Below, piece after piece: positions 37,456 to 47,851 of a stretch of DNA of 64,000 bases. A model generated the notes under the pieces. The model was not told the DNA's origin. It ran no database searches and saw only the letters and a program-made list of their open reading frames with translations. Location of the stretch: the NCBI GenBank assembly GCA_036514715.1, contig DATBWR010000004.1, forward strand, positions 73,147 through 137,146. The letters are read 5' to 3'. Position 1 is the stretch's first letter. Each line of letters opens with the position of its first letter. The stretch comes from Candidatus Nanoarchaeia archaeon. GTDB lineage: Bacteria; Patescibacteriota; Microgenomatia; Woykebacterales; RBG-16-39-9b. The translations under genes and the position numbers were made by a program.

Positions 37456-38525
37456 AAAAAATCGCTACTGTTTTAGGAACTAGACCGCAATTCATTAAAG
37501 CTGCTGCGCTCTCAGGTGAACTAAGAAAAAGTTTTGACGAGGTGATTATTCACACCGGCCAACACTACGATGAAAACATGTCCCCAATCTTCTTTAAGGA
37601 GCTATCAATACCAAACCCAGATTTTAACCTTGGTGTTGGTTCTGGATCTCATGGGGAACAGACAGGAAAAATGCTCATCGGTATTGCCGAAAAACTTTCA
37701 GAAGTAAAACCGGATTTAGTATTGGTGTACGGAGATACTAATTCGACTTTAGCCGGCTCCATTGCGGCTGCTAAGCTTAATATTCCGATTGCTCACGTCG
37801 AAGCTGGTTTGCGAAGTTACAACCGAAAAATGCCTGAGGAAATTAACCGTGTAGTTACTGATGAGCTTTCAACTTTGCTTTTTTGTCCGACTAAGACAGC
37901 AGTGGACAATTTAAAGAAAGAAGGTATTACTAAGGGAGTCTTCTTTACCGGAGACGTTATGCACGATCAAATACTTTCCAATCTTGAAAAAACTAAAGAG
38001 TCAAAAATTCTTGAAGAGTTGCTTCTTAAGCCAAAAAGCTACCTTTACGCTACTATTCATCGGCCAGAAAACACCGATGTACCAGAAAATTTAAGGGGAA
38101 TCTTTACTGCCTTGGAAGAGGCTGGTGAGAGTATTGTTTTGCCCCTACATCCTAGGACTAAAGCAGCTTTAACCAGAGTTAACTTGAGGCCCACTGCCAA
38201 TATCAGGATTATTGAGCCGGTTGGTTATCTTGATAACCTGTTCTTGGAAGCAAACGCTAAAAAAATCTTAACCGATTCCGGCGGGATTCAAAAAGAAGCT
38301 TACTTTCTCAAAATTCCTTGTATTACTTTAAGAAACGAAACCGAATGGCCAGAAACCACCAAGAGTGGTTGGAATATTTTGGTAGGAGCTGATAAAGAAA
38401 AAATTAAGAAAGCAATTAAAACTTTTGCACCTTCCGGAATTCAAAAAAACTATTTTGGGGATGGAAAGGCCAGTAAGGAAATTGTTGACTTGATCAATAC
38501 GTTTTTAAAAGAGGAGAAAGAGTGA
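37452..38525 (+). CDS. wecB: UDP-N-acetylglucosamine 2-epimerase, non-hydrolysing (WecB/WbpI)
   Basis: GTRPQFIK, HTGQHYD, GDTNST, HVEAGLRS, TDSGGIQKEA. Confidence 0.92.
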   Translation: MKKIATVLGTRPQFIKAAALSGELRKSFDEVIIHTGQHYDENMSPIFFKELSIPNPDFNLGVGSGSHGEQTGKMLIGIAEKLSEVKPDLVLVYGDTNSTLAGSIAAAKLNIPIAHVEAGLRSYNRKMPEEINRVVTDELSTLLFCPTKTAVDNLKKEGITKGVFFTGDVMHDQILSNLEKTKESKILEELLLKPKSYLYATIHRPENTDVPENLRGIFTALEEAGESIVLPLHPRTKAALTRVNLRPTANIRIIEPVGYLDNLFLEANAKKILTDSGGIQKEAYFLKIPCITLRNETEWPETTKSGWNILVGADKEKIKKAIKTFAPSGIQKNYFGDGKASKEIVDLINTFLKEEKE

Positions 38526-39724
38526 AGATCGTCCATTTAATCGGCTACTTTCAGCCGGAATTTGGTTATAAAGAGTATTATATTGCCCGTAACCAGGTAA
38601 AGTTGGGTCACGAAGTTCACGTTATTGCCTCAGACAAAGTCTTTCCTTTTCCGGATTACGCAACAATGGCTAAAGAAGTTGGTGCGCCGCCGACCCGGTA
38701 TCGTGGGGAAGGGAATAGTGTTGTGGATGGGGTACAAGTACATCGTCTTAAATCCCTTTTTGAAACTAAGGATTTTATTGTTATTAGGGGTGTAAAGGAG
38801 CTGTTGGGAGCCATTCGTCCGGATATTGTCCATGCCCATGCTCCAAGCCAGGGGTCAACAGTACTTGGGGCTTTGTATAAAGATAAGTTTAACTACTTTT
38901 TAATCGGGGACGACCAAGCCTTAATTGACACAGCACACCCTAAACCATACCCTTCTTTGCAGGGTAGATTGCGTTATGAGCTGTTTCAGAAATATTTAAG
39001 AGGCTACTATTTAAAAAAGGCGGACGTCGTTTTTTGCCCAAACAACGCTTCCAAGAAATATCTCGAAGAGAATTTTAATCTTGCAAATAAGGTTAAGGTG
39101 GTTCCGATTGGTTTTGACAGCGATTTCTATTACTTTGACAAAAAGGTGCGGGTCGAGGTTAGAAGTAGATTTAAAGTAGACGAGGGCGATTTTGTAATAC
39201 TGATCAGCGGCCGGTTGAACCCAGAGAAGGATTTTGACCAAGTTATAAAGCTGAGTGCCGATCTTTTACGAAAAACTAACACCAAGATTTTGATAGTTGG
39301 TGATGGTCGGGCTAAGGAACGATTGGTGGACTTAGTTGAACAACTTAAACTGCCAGATAAAGTTTTCTTTGCAGGTTTCGTATCAGAGAAGTTGCTCTTT
39401 AAGTACTATTCTGCTGCTGATCTGGCGATTTGGTTGAAACAACCGAGTGTAGGGATTTCCAATGCAATTGGGTGCTCACTACCTGTCCTATTACCGCAAA
39501 CAGAAATCTTTAGCCACTATACTAATGAAGGGTTTGGAGAAAGTTTTAAGCCTGGTGACAAGAACGACTTTAAGAGAAAATTAAGCCAACTTGTTACCGA
39601 TGAAAACCATTACCAAAAGATTAAGCAAGAAATAGAAACCAAGAAAAACCGATTAGATTACAAAAACCTTGCTCAGGTTGATATTGAGGAATATGAAAAA
39701 AGCAAAACCAGGAACAAAAGTTAG
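38522..39724 (+). CDS. Glycosyltransferase family 4
   Basis: GHEVHVI, PDIVHAH, GRLNPEK, YYSAADL. Confidence 0.8.
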   Translation: MKIVHLIGYFQPEFGYKEYYIARNQVKLGHEVHVIASDKVFPFPDYATMAKEVGAPPTRYRGEGNSVVDGVQVHRLKSLFETKDFIVIRGVKELLGAIRPDIVHAHAPSQGSTVLGALYKDKFNYFLIGDDQALIDTAHPKPYPSLQGRLRYELFQKYLRGYYLKKADVVFCPNNASKKYLEENFNLANKVKVVPIGFDSDFYYFDKKVRVEVRSRFKVDEGDFVILISGRLNPEKDFDQVIKLSADLLRKTNTKILIVGDGRAKERLVDLVEQLKLPDKVFFAGFVSEKLLFKYYSAADLAIWLKQPSVGISNAIGCSLPVLLPQTEIFSHYTNEGFGESFKPGDKNDFKRKLSQLVTDENHYQKIKQEIETKKNRLDYKNLAQVDIEEYEKSKTRNKS

Positions 39725-41168
39725 AGACCAACTTTCAAAACTTACCTTCATGCTTCAAAAACAGGAGAGTTTAATTATCGGTATTTATAGTCTTTTACTT
39801 TTAACTGTTATTTTAAAACTCACTTGGGTGGCTATACTTTTAACTCCGATTTTTCTTTTTTCCGTTATTACTAAAGACAAAGTACAACTTGCTTTTTATT
39901 TGGGTGTTTTTAGCCTCTCCTTTGACCAGATTTTTATCTCAGTTGGTTTTTCCTTAAAAATTCACATGTTGGTGTTCCTCGTTGTGGCACTAGCGCTAAT
40001 TTATCAGTCTTTCAAGCAAAGGAAATTTCCTCCTCTTCTGCCACAAACAATAGTTGTCTCATTATTTTTCCTACTGGTATTTTCGATAACCTCCCTTTTT
40101 CCGGCTCAAGATAAAACCCTGACCGTCAGGTTCGTAGCCTCACTTTTTTACGCCGTATCAGTCTTTTACATGACGTTTGTCTTCTTGCGAAACCGGCAGC
40201 AGGTTGTTAATACCGTCAGCGCTTTAATTGCCGGAATGGTTATTTCAGTAGTAGTTGGGGTTGAGCAGTATATTGCCTATTACTACAACTTACCTTTCTA
40301 TGGAGGCTTTGGGATTTTTAACCCTGGTAATTTTGTTAGACCAGCTGGGCTTTTTGACCACCCCAATTTTCTCGCTAACTTTTTACTGGTTGCTATCCCA
40401 CTCACAATTGGCTACACCTTTTGGATAAAAGGCAAAACCCTACTTAAAAAAGTTTTGGTTTCTGTATCTCTAGTCTCATTAATCATAACCTTCTCTCGAG
40501 CGGCTTACATTGGTATGACTTTATTTTTGGCAGTGGTTTTCTTCTTTACCAAGGGGACTAAGCAAGTTCTGGCTTGGGCTAAATACTTAGGCGCGGTCTT
40601 AGCTTTTACCGTAGTCGGTTTAAGTTCACTTTTCTACTTAGTTGGGCCTTACAGTCTGGTAGATACGTTGGCAAACTTTAGTCGAGGTGGCGGCGGAAGC
40701 CGGATTTTTCTAAACCGGGTGACTTCTTCCGCTGATCCATTTGCAGAGACAAATGCGGAACGGTTGCTAATTTGGAGAGCAGGGCTATCGATGTTTAACG
40801 ATAATTGGTTATTGGGTGTGGGCTTGGAGAACTTTCGAGTTAGATACGCCGAATATAAATTGCCGGATGCTGTGCTAAGAAAGAATGTAGTTGCCCACAA
40901 CACCTATTTTCAGTTACTAATTGAGACTGGTATTTTTGGAGCAGTCGCTTTTGCGGCTTTTTGGATCACGGTATTTTTTAAAAACTTTAAAGGTATTCTT
41001 AAAGCCACTAGCAACTCGTTTTATTACTATCTTCTTCTGGGTGGTATGTCTGCTCTTTTGGGAGTTACTTTCCAAAATCTGACTAACTCCGTTTTATATT
41101 ACCCTCACACTTGGTTTCTTTACGGCTTTATTCTAGCAGTTTCAGCTTTAGCTCTGAGGAAAAGATGA
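39693..41168 (+). CDS. O-antigen ligase/polymerase (Wzy_C family)
   Basis: RPAGLFDHPN, TFSRAA, ERLLIW, GVGLENF, AHNTY...ETG. Confidence 0.85.
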   Translation: MKKAKPGTKVRDQLSKLTFMLQKQESLIIGIYSLLLLTVILKLTWVAILLTPIFLFSVITKDKVQLAFYLGVFSLSFDQIFISVGFSLKIHMLVFLVVALALIYQSFKQRKFPPLLPQTIVVSLFFLLVFSITSLFPAQDKTLTVRFVASLFYAVSVFYMTFVFLRNRQQVVNTVSALIAGMVISVVVGVEQYIAYYYNLPFYGGFGIFNPGNFVRPAGLFDHPNFLANFLLVAIPLTIGYTFWIKGKTLLKKVLVSVSLVSLIITFSRAAYIGMTLFLAVVFFFTKGTKQVLAWAKYLGAVLAFTVVGLSSLFYLVGPYSLVDTLANFSRGGGGSRIFLNRVTSSADPFAETNAERLLIWRAGLSMFNDNWLLGVGLENFRVRYAEYKLPDAVLRKNVVAHNTYFQLLIETGIFGAVAFAAFWITVFFKNFKGILKATSNSFYYYLLLGGMSALLGVTFQNLTNSVLYYPHTWFLYGFILAVSALALRKR

Positions 41169-42325
41169 TTCTTTTTGTCAGCAATTCGCCGTTTTTGGGT
41201 GGAGCAGAGCATTACTTATTAGACATAATTGGCCTCGTCAAAAAAGACTTTAAAGTCAAGGTTGCTTGTCCAGCAGGATTGGTGGCTGATGAGGTCAAAA
41301 AACTTGGTGTTGAGTCGGTTGAAATTGATATTGGTTCTACTCTGGGCCGCTTTCGAGGCTTTAATCTTTTTAATCTACGTAATGTTTTTCGGGTTAGCCG
41401 GCTGAGAAGTCTTTTGCAAGAGTTGCTTAGAGAAGACCCAAATCTTTTGGTACACACCCAAGATTACAAAGAGATGGTGCTTTTCACACTAGCTGCCCGC
41501 GGGCTTCCGGTTAAACTGCTCTACGTTCAACACGTTATTTTACCGACGTGGCTTAAGAAAAACCCTTTTGTCTTGAAGTATTTGAGAAGTATTTGGGACC
41601 GGCAAGACCAAATTGTGACAGTAAGCGATAGTGTTAAAAAAGACTTGGTTGAGGCAGGTGTTAATACAGAAAAGATAAACCGCGTTTACAATGGCATTGA
41701 TCTAGAGCTATTTAAGCCCTTTCCTGCTCAAGAAAAAAGAGACCTAAGGAAAAAATACAACCTGGAAGGAAAATTGACCGTTGGGATTAATGGCCGTATT
41801 GCCTGGGGAAAAGGTCAGGATGTTCTGCTACTGGCGATGAGCGAAATTCTAAAAAAAGTCCCTAACGCCCACGCTTTGTTTGTTGGCACGGGATCAACCT
41901 TTCGCCAGGGACCGCTTGACAATATTGTTGCCAAGAACAATTTAAAGAGTAAAGTTACTTTTTTTGGCAGTTGGCCACGGGAGAAAATTCCTGAATTTTA
42001 CGCCTTGACTGATGTTGTTGCTCTGCCGTCTTTGAGTGAAGGGTTGCCGCTAACTATTTTGGAAGCAATGGCCTCTGGTATCCCTTGTGTTGGCACCAAA
42101 ATAGCCGGTATTCCGGAAGAAATTGTGGACGGTAAAAGTGGTTTTCTAATGCAGGAAAGAACCCCGAAGGAATTAGCAAAATTGTGTATTAAATTGCTTA
42201 GCGATGGGAAGCTAAGGGAAAAATTTGGTAAAGAGGGCCGGTTAATCGTGGAGGAGAGGTTCGACAAGAAACTAATGGTTAAAAATATGAGTAAACTCTA
42301 TCAACAGCTTCTGGGTGCCAGTTAA
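41165..42325 (+). CDS. Glycosyltransferase family 4
   Basis: GGAE, VYNGID, PSLSEGLPLTILEAMASG. Confidence 0.9.
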   Translation: MILFVSNSPFLGGAEHYLLDIIGLVKKDFKVKVACPAGLVADEVKKLGVESVEIDIGSTLGRFRGFNLFNLRNVFRVSRLRSLLQELLREDPNLLVHTQDYKEMVLFTLAARGLPVKLLYVQHVILPTWLKKNPFVLKYLRSIWDRQDQIVTVSDSVKKDLVEAGVNTEKINRVYNGIDLELFKPFPAQEKRDLRKKYNLEGKLTVGINGRIAWGKGQDVLLLAMSEILKKVPNAHALFVGTGSTFRQGPLDNIVAKNNLKSKVTFFGSWPREKIPEFYALTDVVALPSLSEGLPLTILEAMASGIPCVGTKIAGIPEEIVDGKSGFLMQERTPKELAKLCIKLLSDGKLREKFGKEGRLIVEERFDKKLMVKNMSKLYQQLLGAS

Positions 42326-42699
42326 ACCCTTAAAAGCATTAGAATTCCTAGAACAATAATTCCGGTACCAACTAACTGGCTCGCGGTTAATTTTTCTCCC
42401 AAAACAAAATAGTTAAGAATAATCACGGCAATTAAACTTGATAAAGTAATGATAAAAGTTAGGCTAGTACTGGCATTGCCAGTTAAGTTGGAACGGGACA
42501 GTTGACTGTTAATAATAATGAAAGTTACGCGAGCTAAGAGGGCGAAGAATAAACCAACCCAAAAAGGCAGACTAAAAAAAACACTGCTCAAGCTCTGGAA
42601 ATTAATTTTGTCGTGAAATAGACGTAAATTGCCTAAGGTAAAAATCGAAACTCCGACAAAAATTCCGTAAAGAATAATTAGAACAATGTTGACCAGCAT
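42322..42699 (-). CDS. Small 4-TM EamA/ArnE-F-like membrane protein
   Basis: 4 TMs ending LNYFVLGEKLT..QLVG. Confidence 0.6.
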   Translation of the reverse strand: MLVNIVLIILYGIFVGVSIFTLGNLRLFHDKINFQSLSSVFFSLPFWVGLFFALLARVTFIIINSQLSRSNLTGNASTSLTFIITLSSLIAVIILNYFVLGEKLTASQLVGTGIIVLGILMLLRV

Positions 42700-42704
42700 G
42701 TTAT

Positions 42705-43640
42705 TTATTTTGGCTCATTTTGCATGTCAAAGACAATAGCGTTAAGAATAAGTTGGAAACCAATGAAGAAAGGAATTACCGAAAGCATCACAGTTGCAGT
42801 TGAAGCTGTAGACGGACCACGTGTTTCAAGGAAGATATAGATACCAAATCCTAACCCAAAAAGAAAGAGTACAGAACCGCTGATTAAAAATATCCCAACC
42901 GGGTGTAAGATTAAAATGTATTTTTGATAAATGCGGTTAAGAAAAGAACCTAGCAAGAAGGGAAGGCTAGCGATAACAAATTTAAAGTAGTTTACATCGG
43001 AAACCTCATCTTCGTAAATTACCGGTACTGGAATTTCTTTGACTCGGGCGTTAACTATGTTTAAATTAATCCAAAGTGAATTATCAAAAAAATAGTCATC
43101 TCGCAAAGCTTCCAAATCCAATTCTTTGAGTTTTTCCTGCCTTATTGCACTAAAACTAGATTGAAAGTCAAATAAAGAGTAATAACCCGAAACAAACTTT
43201 GTTAGAAAAGAGTAAAGTGAGTTGCCGATTTTTCTCAAAGTGGGCATTGATCGAATTTCTTTACGATTTAAAAAACGATTACCCCTGCAAACGTCGTAAT
43301 TTTGTTCTTCGCAAATAGTCACAAAGTCCTTAATTTTAGTCAGGTCGCACTGATTATCACCAGCAGCGATAACAACGTAATCGGCCTTTCTTTTAAGAGC
43401 TTCTGTTAGACCTCTTTTTACTGAAAAACCCACCCCTCCGTTAATTTTATTGCTGAGGACCAGGACTCGTTTGTCCTTCTTAGCAAAAATTTTCATTTGT
43501 GCCAAAGTCTTGTCGTGACTGGCGTCGTCAACGCAAATAACCAGATCTACGTACCTAGGGGTGTTTTGAAGGGTTTTAGTTATCAAGCCTTCCTCATTAA
43601 AAGCAGGTATGATTAAACAAATGCTCTTTTTAGTTAACAT
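42705..43640 (-). CDS. Glycosyltransferase family 2 with two C-terminal TMs (DPM1/GtrB-like)
   Basis: IIPAFNEE, VDDASHD, NGGVG, GDNQ, GNRF. Confidence 0.85.
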   Translation of the reverse strand: MLTKKSICLIIPAFNEEGLITKTLQNTPRYVDLVICVDDASHDKTLAQMKIFAKKDKRVLVLSNKINGGVGFSVKRGLTEALKRKADYVVIAAGDNQCDLTKIKDFVTICEEQNYDVCRGNRFLNRKEIRSMPTLRKIGNSLYSFLTKFVSGYYSLFDFQSSFSAIRQEKLKELDLEALRDDYFFDNSLWINLNIVNARVKEIPVPVIYEDEVSDVNYFKFVIASLPFLLGSFLNRIYQKYILILHPVGIFLISGSVLFLFGLGFGIYIFLETRGPSTASTATVMLSVIPFFIGFQLILNAIVFDMQNEPK

Positions 43641-44353
43641 TACTTGTTACAGATTGCAAAGATGTCCGCCCCGTTTTGAGGGAAATTTTTGCTGAGAGAA
43701 TAAAAATAGATCCAATCTTTTTCAGGGATGAACTTTTCAATTTGGGCATTCGACAAGAATTTGATAAAAGAAGTGGAGATTTTTTCGATTTTAAAACCGT
43801 TTTTCTTTAGATCCTCCTCCAGCTTTTTGGGATCGTAGACTCTAAAGTGACCAATCTTTTTATCCTGATCGTTAAGTTGGGTAGGAGTTTCTAAAAGACC
43901 CATTTCAACTCCAAGTAACCGATGCATCGATAAGCCGTTTGGTACACTAACCAAAAATTTACCATCATTGTCGAGCAATTTGTAAGCTGTCTGTAGAAAC
44001 TTATCAACATTTTCTACGTGTTCAAGAAGGTGGGAGGCAATAATAGTCTTATATTTTTTAGTGGCTTTAAAATCTTCTAAATACGAATTAAACACCGCCG
44101 CCTTTTTAAATTTCTTGCTAAGTAACTGACAATATTTTTCACTGGCCTCAACGATATTGATCGTTTTAGGTCTGAGGTTGTCAAAAATCAGCGAAGTCAT
44201 GCCACCATCAGCGGGTCCAATCTCCAAAATTGGCTCTTCAATGAACTTTCTGAACTCAAGGTAAACACAATAAATCATAAAAGAGTTCAGGCCTTTGGTG
44301 GACTTGTACCAAGTCGAAACTCGCTCTAATTTGTTTTTATTTTTCGAGTTCAT
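43640..44353 (-). CDS. Class I SAM-dependent methyltransferase
   Basis: ILEIGPADG, HLLEHV, VPNGLSMHR, GHFRVY. Confidence 0.8.
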   Translation of the reverse strand: MNSKNKNKLERVSTWYKSTKGLNSFMIYCVYLEFRKFIEEPILEIGPADGGMTSLIFDNLRPKTINIVEASEKYCQLLSKKFKKAAVFNSYLEDFKATKKYKTIIASHLLEHVENVDKFLQTAYKLLDNDGKFLVSVPNGLSMHRLLGVEMGLLETPTQLNDQDKKIGHFRVYDPKKLEEDLKKNGFKIEKISTSFIKFLSNAQIEKFIPEKDWIYFYSLSKNFPQNGADIFAICNK

Positions 44354-44870
44354 ATTTTTGAAACTGTACCCCAGCTAATTTAGCAGCGATCGCATCGTAA
44401 ACCGAGTCTCCAATTAGAACAAAATCATTTGGGTTTTTGTTACCGACAATTTTCAAAAGCCCTTCGGGGTGGGGCTTGATAAAATCAACATTATCAATTG
44501 CCACCAGCGTTTTTACATTACCCATAAAATTCTGATCTTTCAAATAAGTTTCAATTGCCTCTCTGGTGTTGGCCGAAAAAATGGTAACCGCAAGGTTATT
44601 TTTCTTAAAATACTCAAACAACTCTGAAGGCAGGCTGGTTAATCCAGCTATTTCTGCCTCGGCTTTCATTTTTAAGTATTCATTACGTTTACCCTTAACT
44701 TGAGAGTAAAGATAGAGACTACTAAAGTTCAACTTACGGTCGAGACCAAGTAAGTCAACAATTTTTTGGCGCAGAGCTTCCCAATCAAGATCAATTTTGG
44801 TAATTACCCCTTCAAAGTCAAGAATGATTTCTTTATCAGTAAGTTTATTTAATTCTTCTGTGGTTAGCAT
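44337..44870 (-). CDS. HAD-family hydrolase
   Basis: ILDFEGV (motif I variant), SAN, KPHPEG, IGDSVYD. Confidence 0.78.
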   Translation of the reverse strand: MLTTEELNKLTDKEIILDFEGVITKIDLDWEALRQKIVDLLGLDRKLNFSSLYLYSQVKGKRNEYLKMKAEAEIAGLTSLPSELFEYFKKNNLAVTIFSANTREAIETYLKDQNFMGNVKTLVAIDNVDFIKPHPEGLLKIVGNKNPNDFVLIGDSVYDAIAAKLAGVQFQKYELEK

Positions 44871-44916
44871 CAGTTGGTTACTAAAGTAAATTTGTACTAT
44901 TATATCTTACAAACGA

Positions 44917-46713
44917 ATGCAAATCCTTCTCTTTATTCTGCTCTTTTTAATACTCGTATTTTTGCCAGGTTTCTTAGTTTACAAACTTATTGCTGGCCCC
45001 AAAGAGGAACGAGCCCTTTTTTATCTGCCGATCTCCTTCACTTTTGGTCTTGGTTTTTTCTCCCTGATATCCACATCAGCCTATTTCTTCAACTTCAGTT
45101 GGCAGAATTTCAACTTGGTTTATTCATTAAGCTTGGTAAGTCTAGTCGCAGGTTTTTTATATAAGAAAAAAAAACTGACACTGCAGTTTGAATTCGATTT
45201 TGTCGAACGCTTAGTTTTGTTCTTGTCTTTGGCCCTGACATTATACACAATGTTCATTCACCCGGTTTTAGCCTATACCGACGCACCCTTCCATCTGGCC
45301 GAGATAAGAAAGCTAGTTGAAGAGCCGGTAATTTCACCTAGCGAGGCAAGCCTCCCAACAGGGAAAATTAATCCCTCCTACGGCTTTAATAGTTGGTTTT
45401 TACTGCTAGCTTTTTTGCAGCGGTTATCTGGTTTGGAGCTCTTTCAGCTCTGGGATAGGATCGCTTTAGTGCTCGTACCAACCTATATTTTGGCAGTTTA
45501 TTTCTTTATTTCTAAACTCATAAGCGATAAGAGTCAAACCCTGACGGTTTTACTCGTTTATTTAGTTTTTGTTATTCTTTTGAACAACTCCGTAGACTTT
45601 CGCACCATTGCTTTGCCGGAAAGAATTGTCCGTTTGATTTTACTGACAACTTCTCTGGGATTATTTCTGACTTACTTAAAAAACAAAAACTTTCTGTCCT
45701 TAACAAGCTTGGGTTTGGTTAGTTTTACGATCACAACTATCCATCTTTATGCTTGGGTGCATTTATTACTGGCGGTTGGAGCTTTTTCTTTGGCTAACTT
45801 TATCTTTAAAAATTACGAAGACTTTAAAAACTCTTTAAAAGCTTTCTTTATCATCCTTTTAGCACCCGCTCCTTACCTTGCTGTTAAGCTAGCAAACGTA
45901 GCTAACGTTGTCTTACCGGATGCTTTTGCAGTTAATACTTCTACTTTAAAATTAGAGTATTTGTTCAGGTCAAAAGTAGGCTACACCTTAATTTTATTGT
46001 TAGTTCTTGTTTACCTTTTTAGAAAGAAGCTCTCGGAAGAAAAATGGCTGCTCTTTTCCACTGCAACGGCTGTAACTAGCCTCTTTATCCTCTTTAACCC
46101 AATATTGTTTCCAATTGTTGCCGGTATTATCTCTGTTCCTTATACCCAAAGGCTCTCTTATCTAATCTATACAGAAATTATTCTGGGAAGTTTCCTTTAC
46201 CTTTTCGTTATCAATAAGTTCTTGGTAAGAGCCGAAAAAAAGATCTTTTTGGCCTTGGCAGTGGCTATAACTGCCGGTGCCTTGCTAATTCCGTCCACTA
46301 ACTTCCCAGGACTTAATGTTTTCAGTATGAAAGGTAATTTAAAGTTTGCACAAGATTATCAAGAGCCGATTTTCGATTTTATCAACAAGAATTTACCAAA
46401 AAAGAAAGTCTATGTTGCTAACTACGACCTCGCTTATTGGATCCCGGCTTACAGCTATAACTATATTTTAATGACCTATCCTGATCACACCACCTTTACT
46501 ATCAATCACAAGCCTCGTATTGAAACACTAAAAAACATCTTAGATCCAGATTTTTCAATCGAAGGGACAGTCACATATCTTGATCAATACTCAGTCAATT
46601 ACGTTGTTTTGGATAAGGTAAAAGAAGAAAAAGTTAAGAAATTTGGTCAGGACACACGTTTTAAGCTTATTTACGAAGACAGCTGGTATCTGATATATTC
46701 CTTCAATGAGTAA
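44917..46713 (+). CDS. Polytopic membrane protein, probable GT-C type glycosyltransferase
   Basis: About 13 TMs, D...HLA.I in the first external loop, soluble C-terminal domain. Confidence 0.55.
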   Translation: MQILLFILLFLILVFLPGFLVYKLIAGPKEERALFYLPISFTFGLGFFSLISTSAYFFNFSWQNFNLVYSLSLVSLVAGFLYKKKKLTLQFEFDFVERLVLFLSLALTLYTMFIHPVLAYTDAPFHLAEIRKLVEEPVISPSEASLPTGKINPSYGFNSWFLLLAFLQRLSGLELFQLWDRIALVLVPTYILAVYFFISKLISDKSQTLTVLLVYLVFVILLNNSVDFRTIALPERIVRLILLTTSLGLFLTYLKNKNFLSLTSLGLVSFTITTIHLYAWVHLLLAVGAFSLANFIFKNYEDFKNSLKAFFIILLAPAPYLAVKLANVANVVLPDAFAVNTSTLKLEYLFRSKVGYTLILLLVLVYLFRKKLSEEKWLLFSTATAVTSLFILFNPILFPIVAGIISVPYTQRLSYLIYTEIILGSFLYLFVINKFLVRAEKKIFLALAVAITAGALLIPSTNFPGLNVFSMKGNLKFAQDYQEPIFDFINKNLPKKKVYVANYDLAYWIPAYSYNYILMTYPDHTTFTINHKPRIETLKNILDPDFSIEGTVTYLDQYSVNYVVLDKVKEEKVKKFGQDTRFKLIYEDSWYLIYSFNE

Positions 46714-47851
46714 AAGAATAGGAATTGATGCGCGCTTTTTTGGTCCGGAAGGGACTGGAATTGGGCGTTATCTTGAAAAACTGTTGGAAAATCTCGAAGT
46801 ACTCGATACTGAGAACGAGTATTTTGTTTTCTTAAGAAAAAGTAACTTCCCTCTTTACAACCCCAAGAACCCTAACTTCACCAAAATTATGGCCGATGCC
46901 CACTGGTACAGCTTGAAAGAGCAGGTGATTATGCCCCAGGTGTTGTTGAAGGAAAAATTGGACTTAGTCCATTTTCCGCAGGTGAACATCCCTCTGCTTT
47001 ACCCCAAAAAATTTGTAGTTACACTTCATGATTTAACTAAAATCAATTTCAAAGACAAAGCAGCCACCACACGAGCCTTACCAATTTACTTAGCCAAACA
47101 CTTAGCCTTTAGTATTACTCTCAGACAAGCCTTAAACCGAGCTGAAAAAATTTTTGTCCCCTCTAACTTCGTAAAAAATGAAATTGCTAAACAGTTAGGG
47201 GTTAAAAAAGAAAAAATGGTGGTGACTTACGAAGGAGCGGATGATTTTTGGGAAGAGAAATTTGAGCCCAGCGCCGGTAGGGTGAGTGAAGTTCTAGGCA
47301 AACATTCGATCCAAAAACCCTATTTACTTTACTTGGGTAACGCTTATCATTACAAAAACTTGGGTAGATTAATCGAAGCTCTTGCCGATGTAGACCCAGG
47401 GGTAAAACTGGTTTGTGTAACCAAAAGAGATGCCTTTCTTGAAAGACTCTTGGCCCAAGCGGAAAATGTTGGAATTCGCAACCGGCTTATCATTACTGGT
47501 TGGGTGGGTGATGAAGATCTAAAAATCCTTTTTAACCAAGCCGAAGCTTTAGTTTTCCCCTCCCTTTCTGAAGGCTTTGGCTTACCGGGCTTGGAAGCTA
47601 TGGCTCTCTCGTGTCCGGTGGTCGCTGCCAACGCTACTTCTTTGCCCGAAGTTTACGAAGATGCTGCCCTTTTTTTCGACCCCAATTCAACTGGCGATAT
47701 TGCCAAAAAAATCAATGAAGTTTTAGGAAGTCAAAGACTGCGTCTGGATTTGATTAAAAAAGGCCGAGAACAAGTGAAAAAATACTCCTGGAAAAAAATG
47801 GCGCAAGAGACGCTAAAAATTTACCAGAGAATTATTGATAGTGGTCATTAA
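46706..47851 (+). CDS. Glycosyltransferase family 4
   Basis: GIDAR, GIGRY, TLHDL, PSLSEGFGLPGLEAM. Confidence 0.9.
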   Translation: MSKRIGIDARFFGPEGTGIGRYLEKLLENLEVLDTENEYFVFLRKSNFPLYNPKNPNFTKIMADAHWYSLKEQVIMPQVLLKEKLDLVHFPQVNIPLLYPKKFVVTLHDLTKINFKDKAATTRALPIYLAKHLAFSITLRQALNRAEKIFVPSNFVKNEIAKQLGVKKEKMVVTYEGADDFWEEKFEPSAGRVSEVLGKHSIQKPYLLYLGNAYHYKNLGRLIEALADVDPGVKLVCVTKRDAFLERLLAQAENVGIRNRLIITGWVGDEDLKILFNQAEALVFPSLSEGFGLPGLEAMALSCPVVAANATSLPEVYEDAALFFDPNSTGDIAKKINEVLGSQRLRLDLIKKGREQVKKYSWKKMAQETLKIYQRIIDSGH

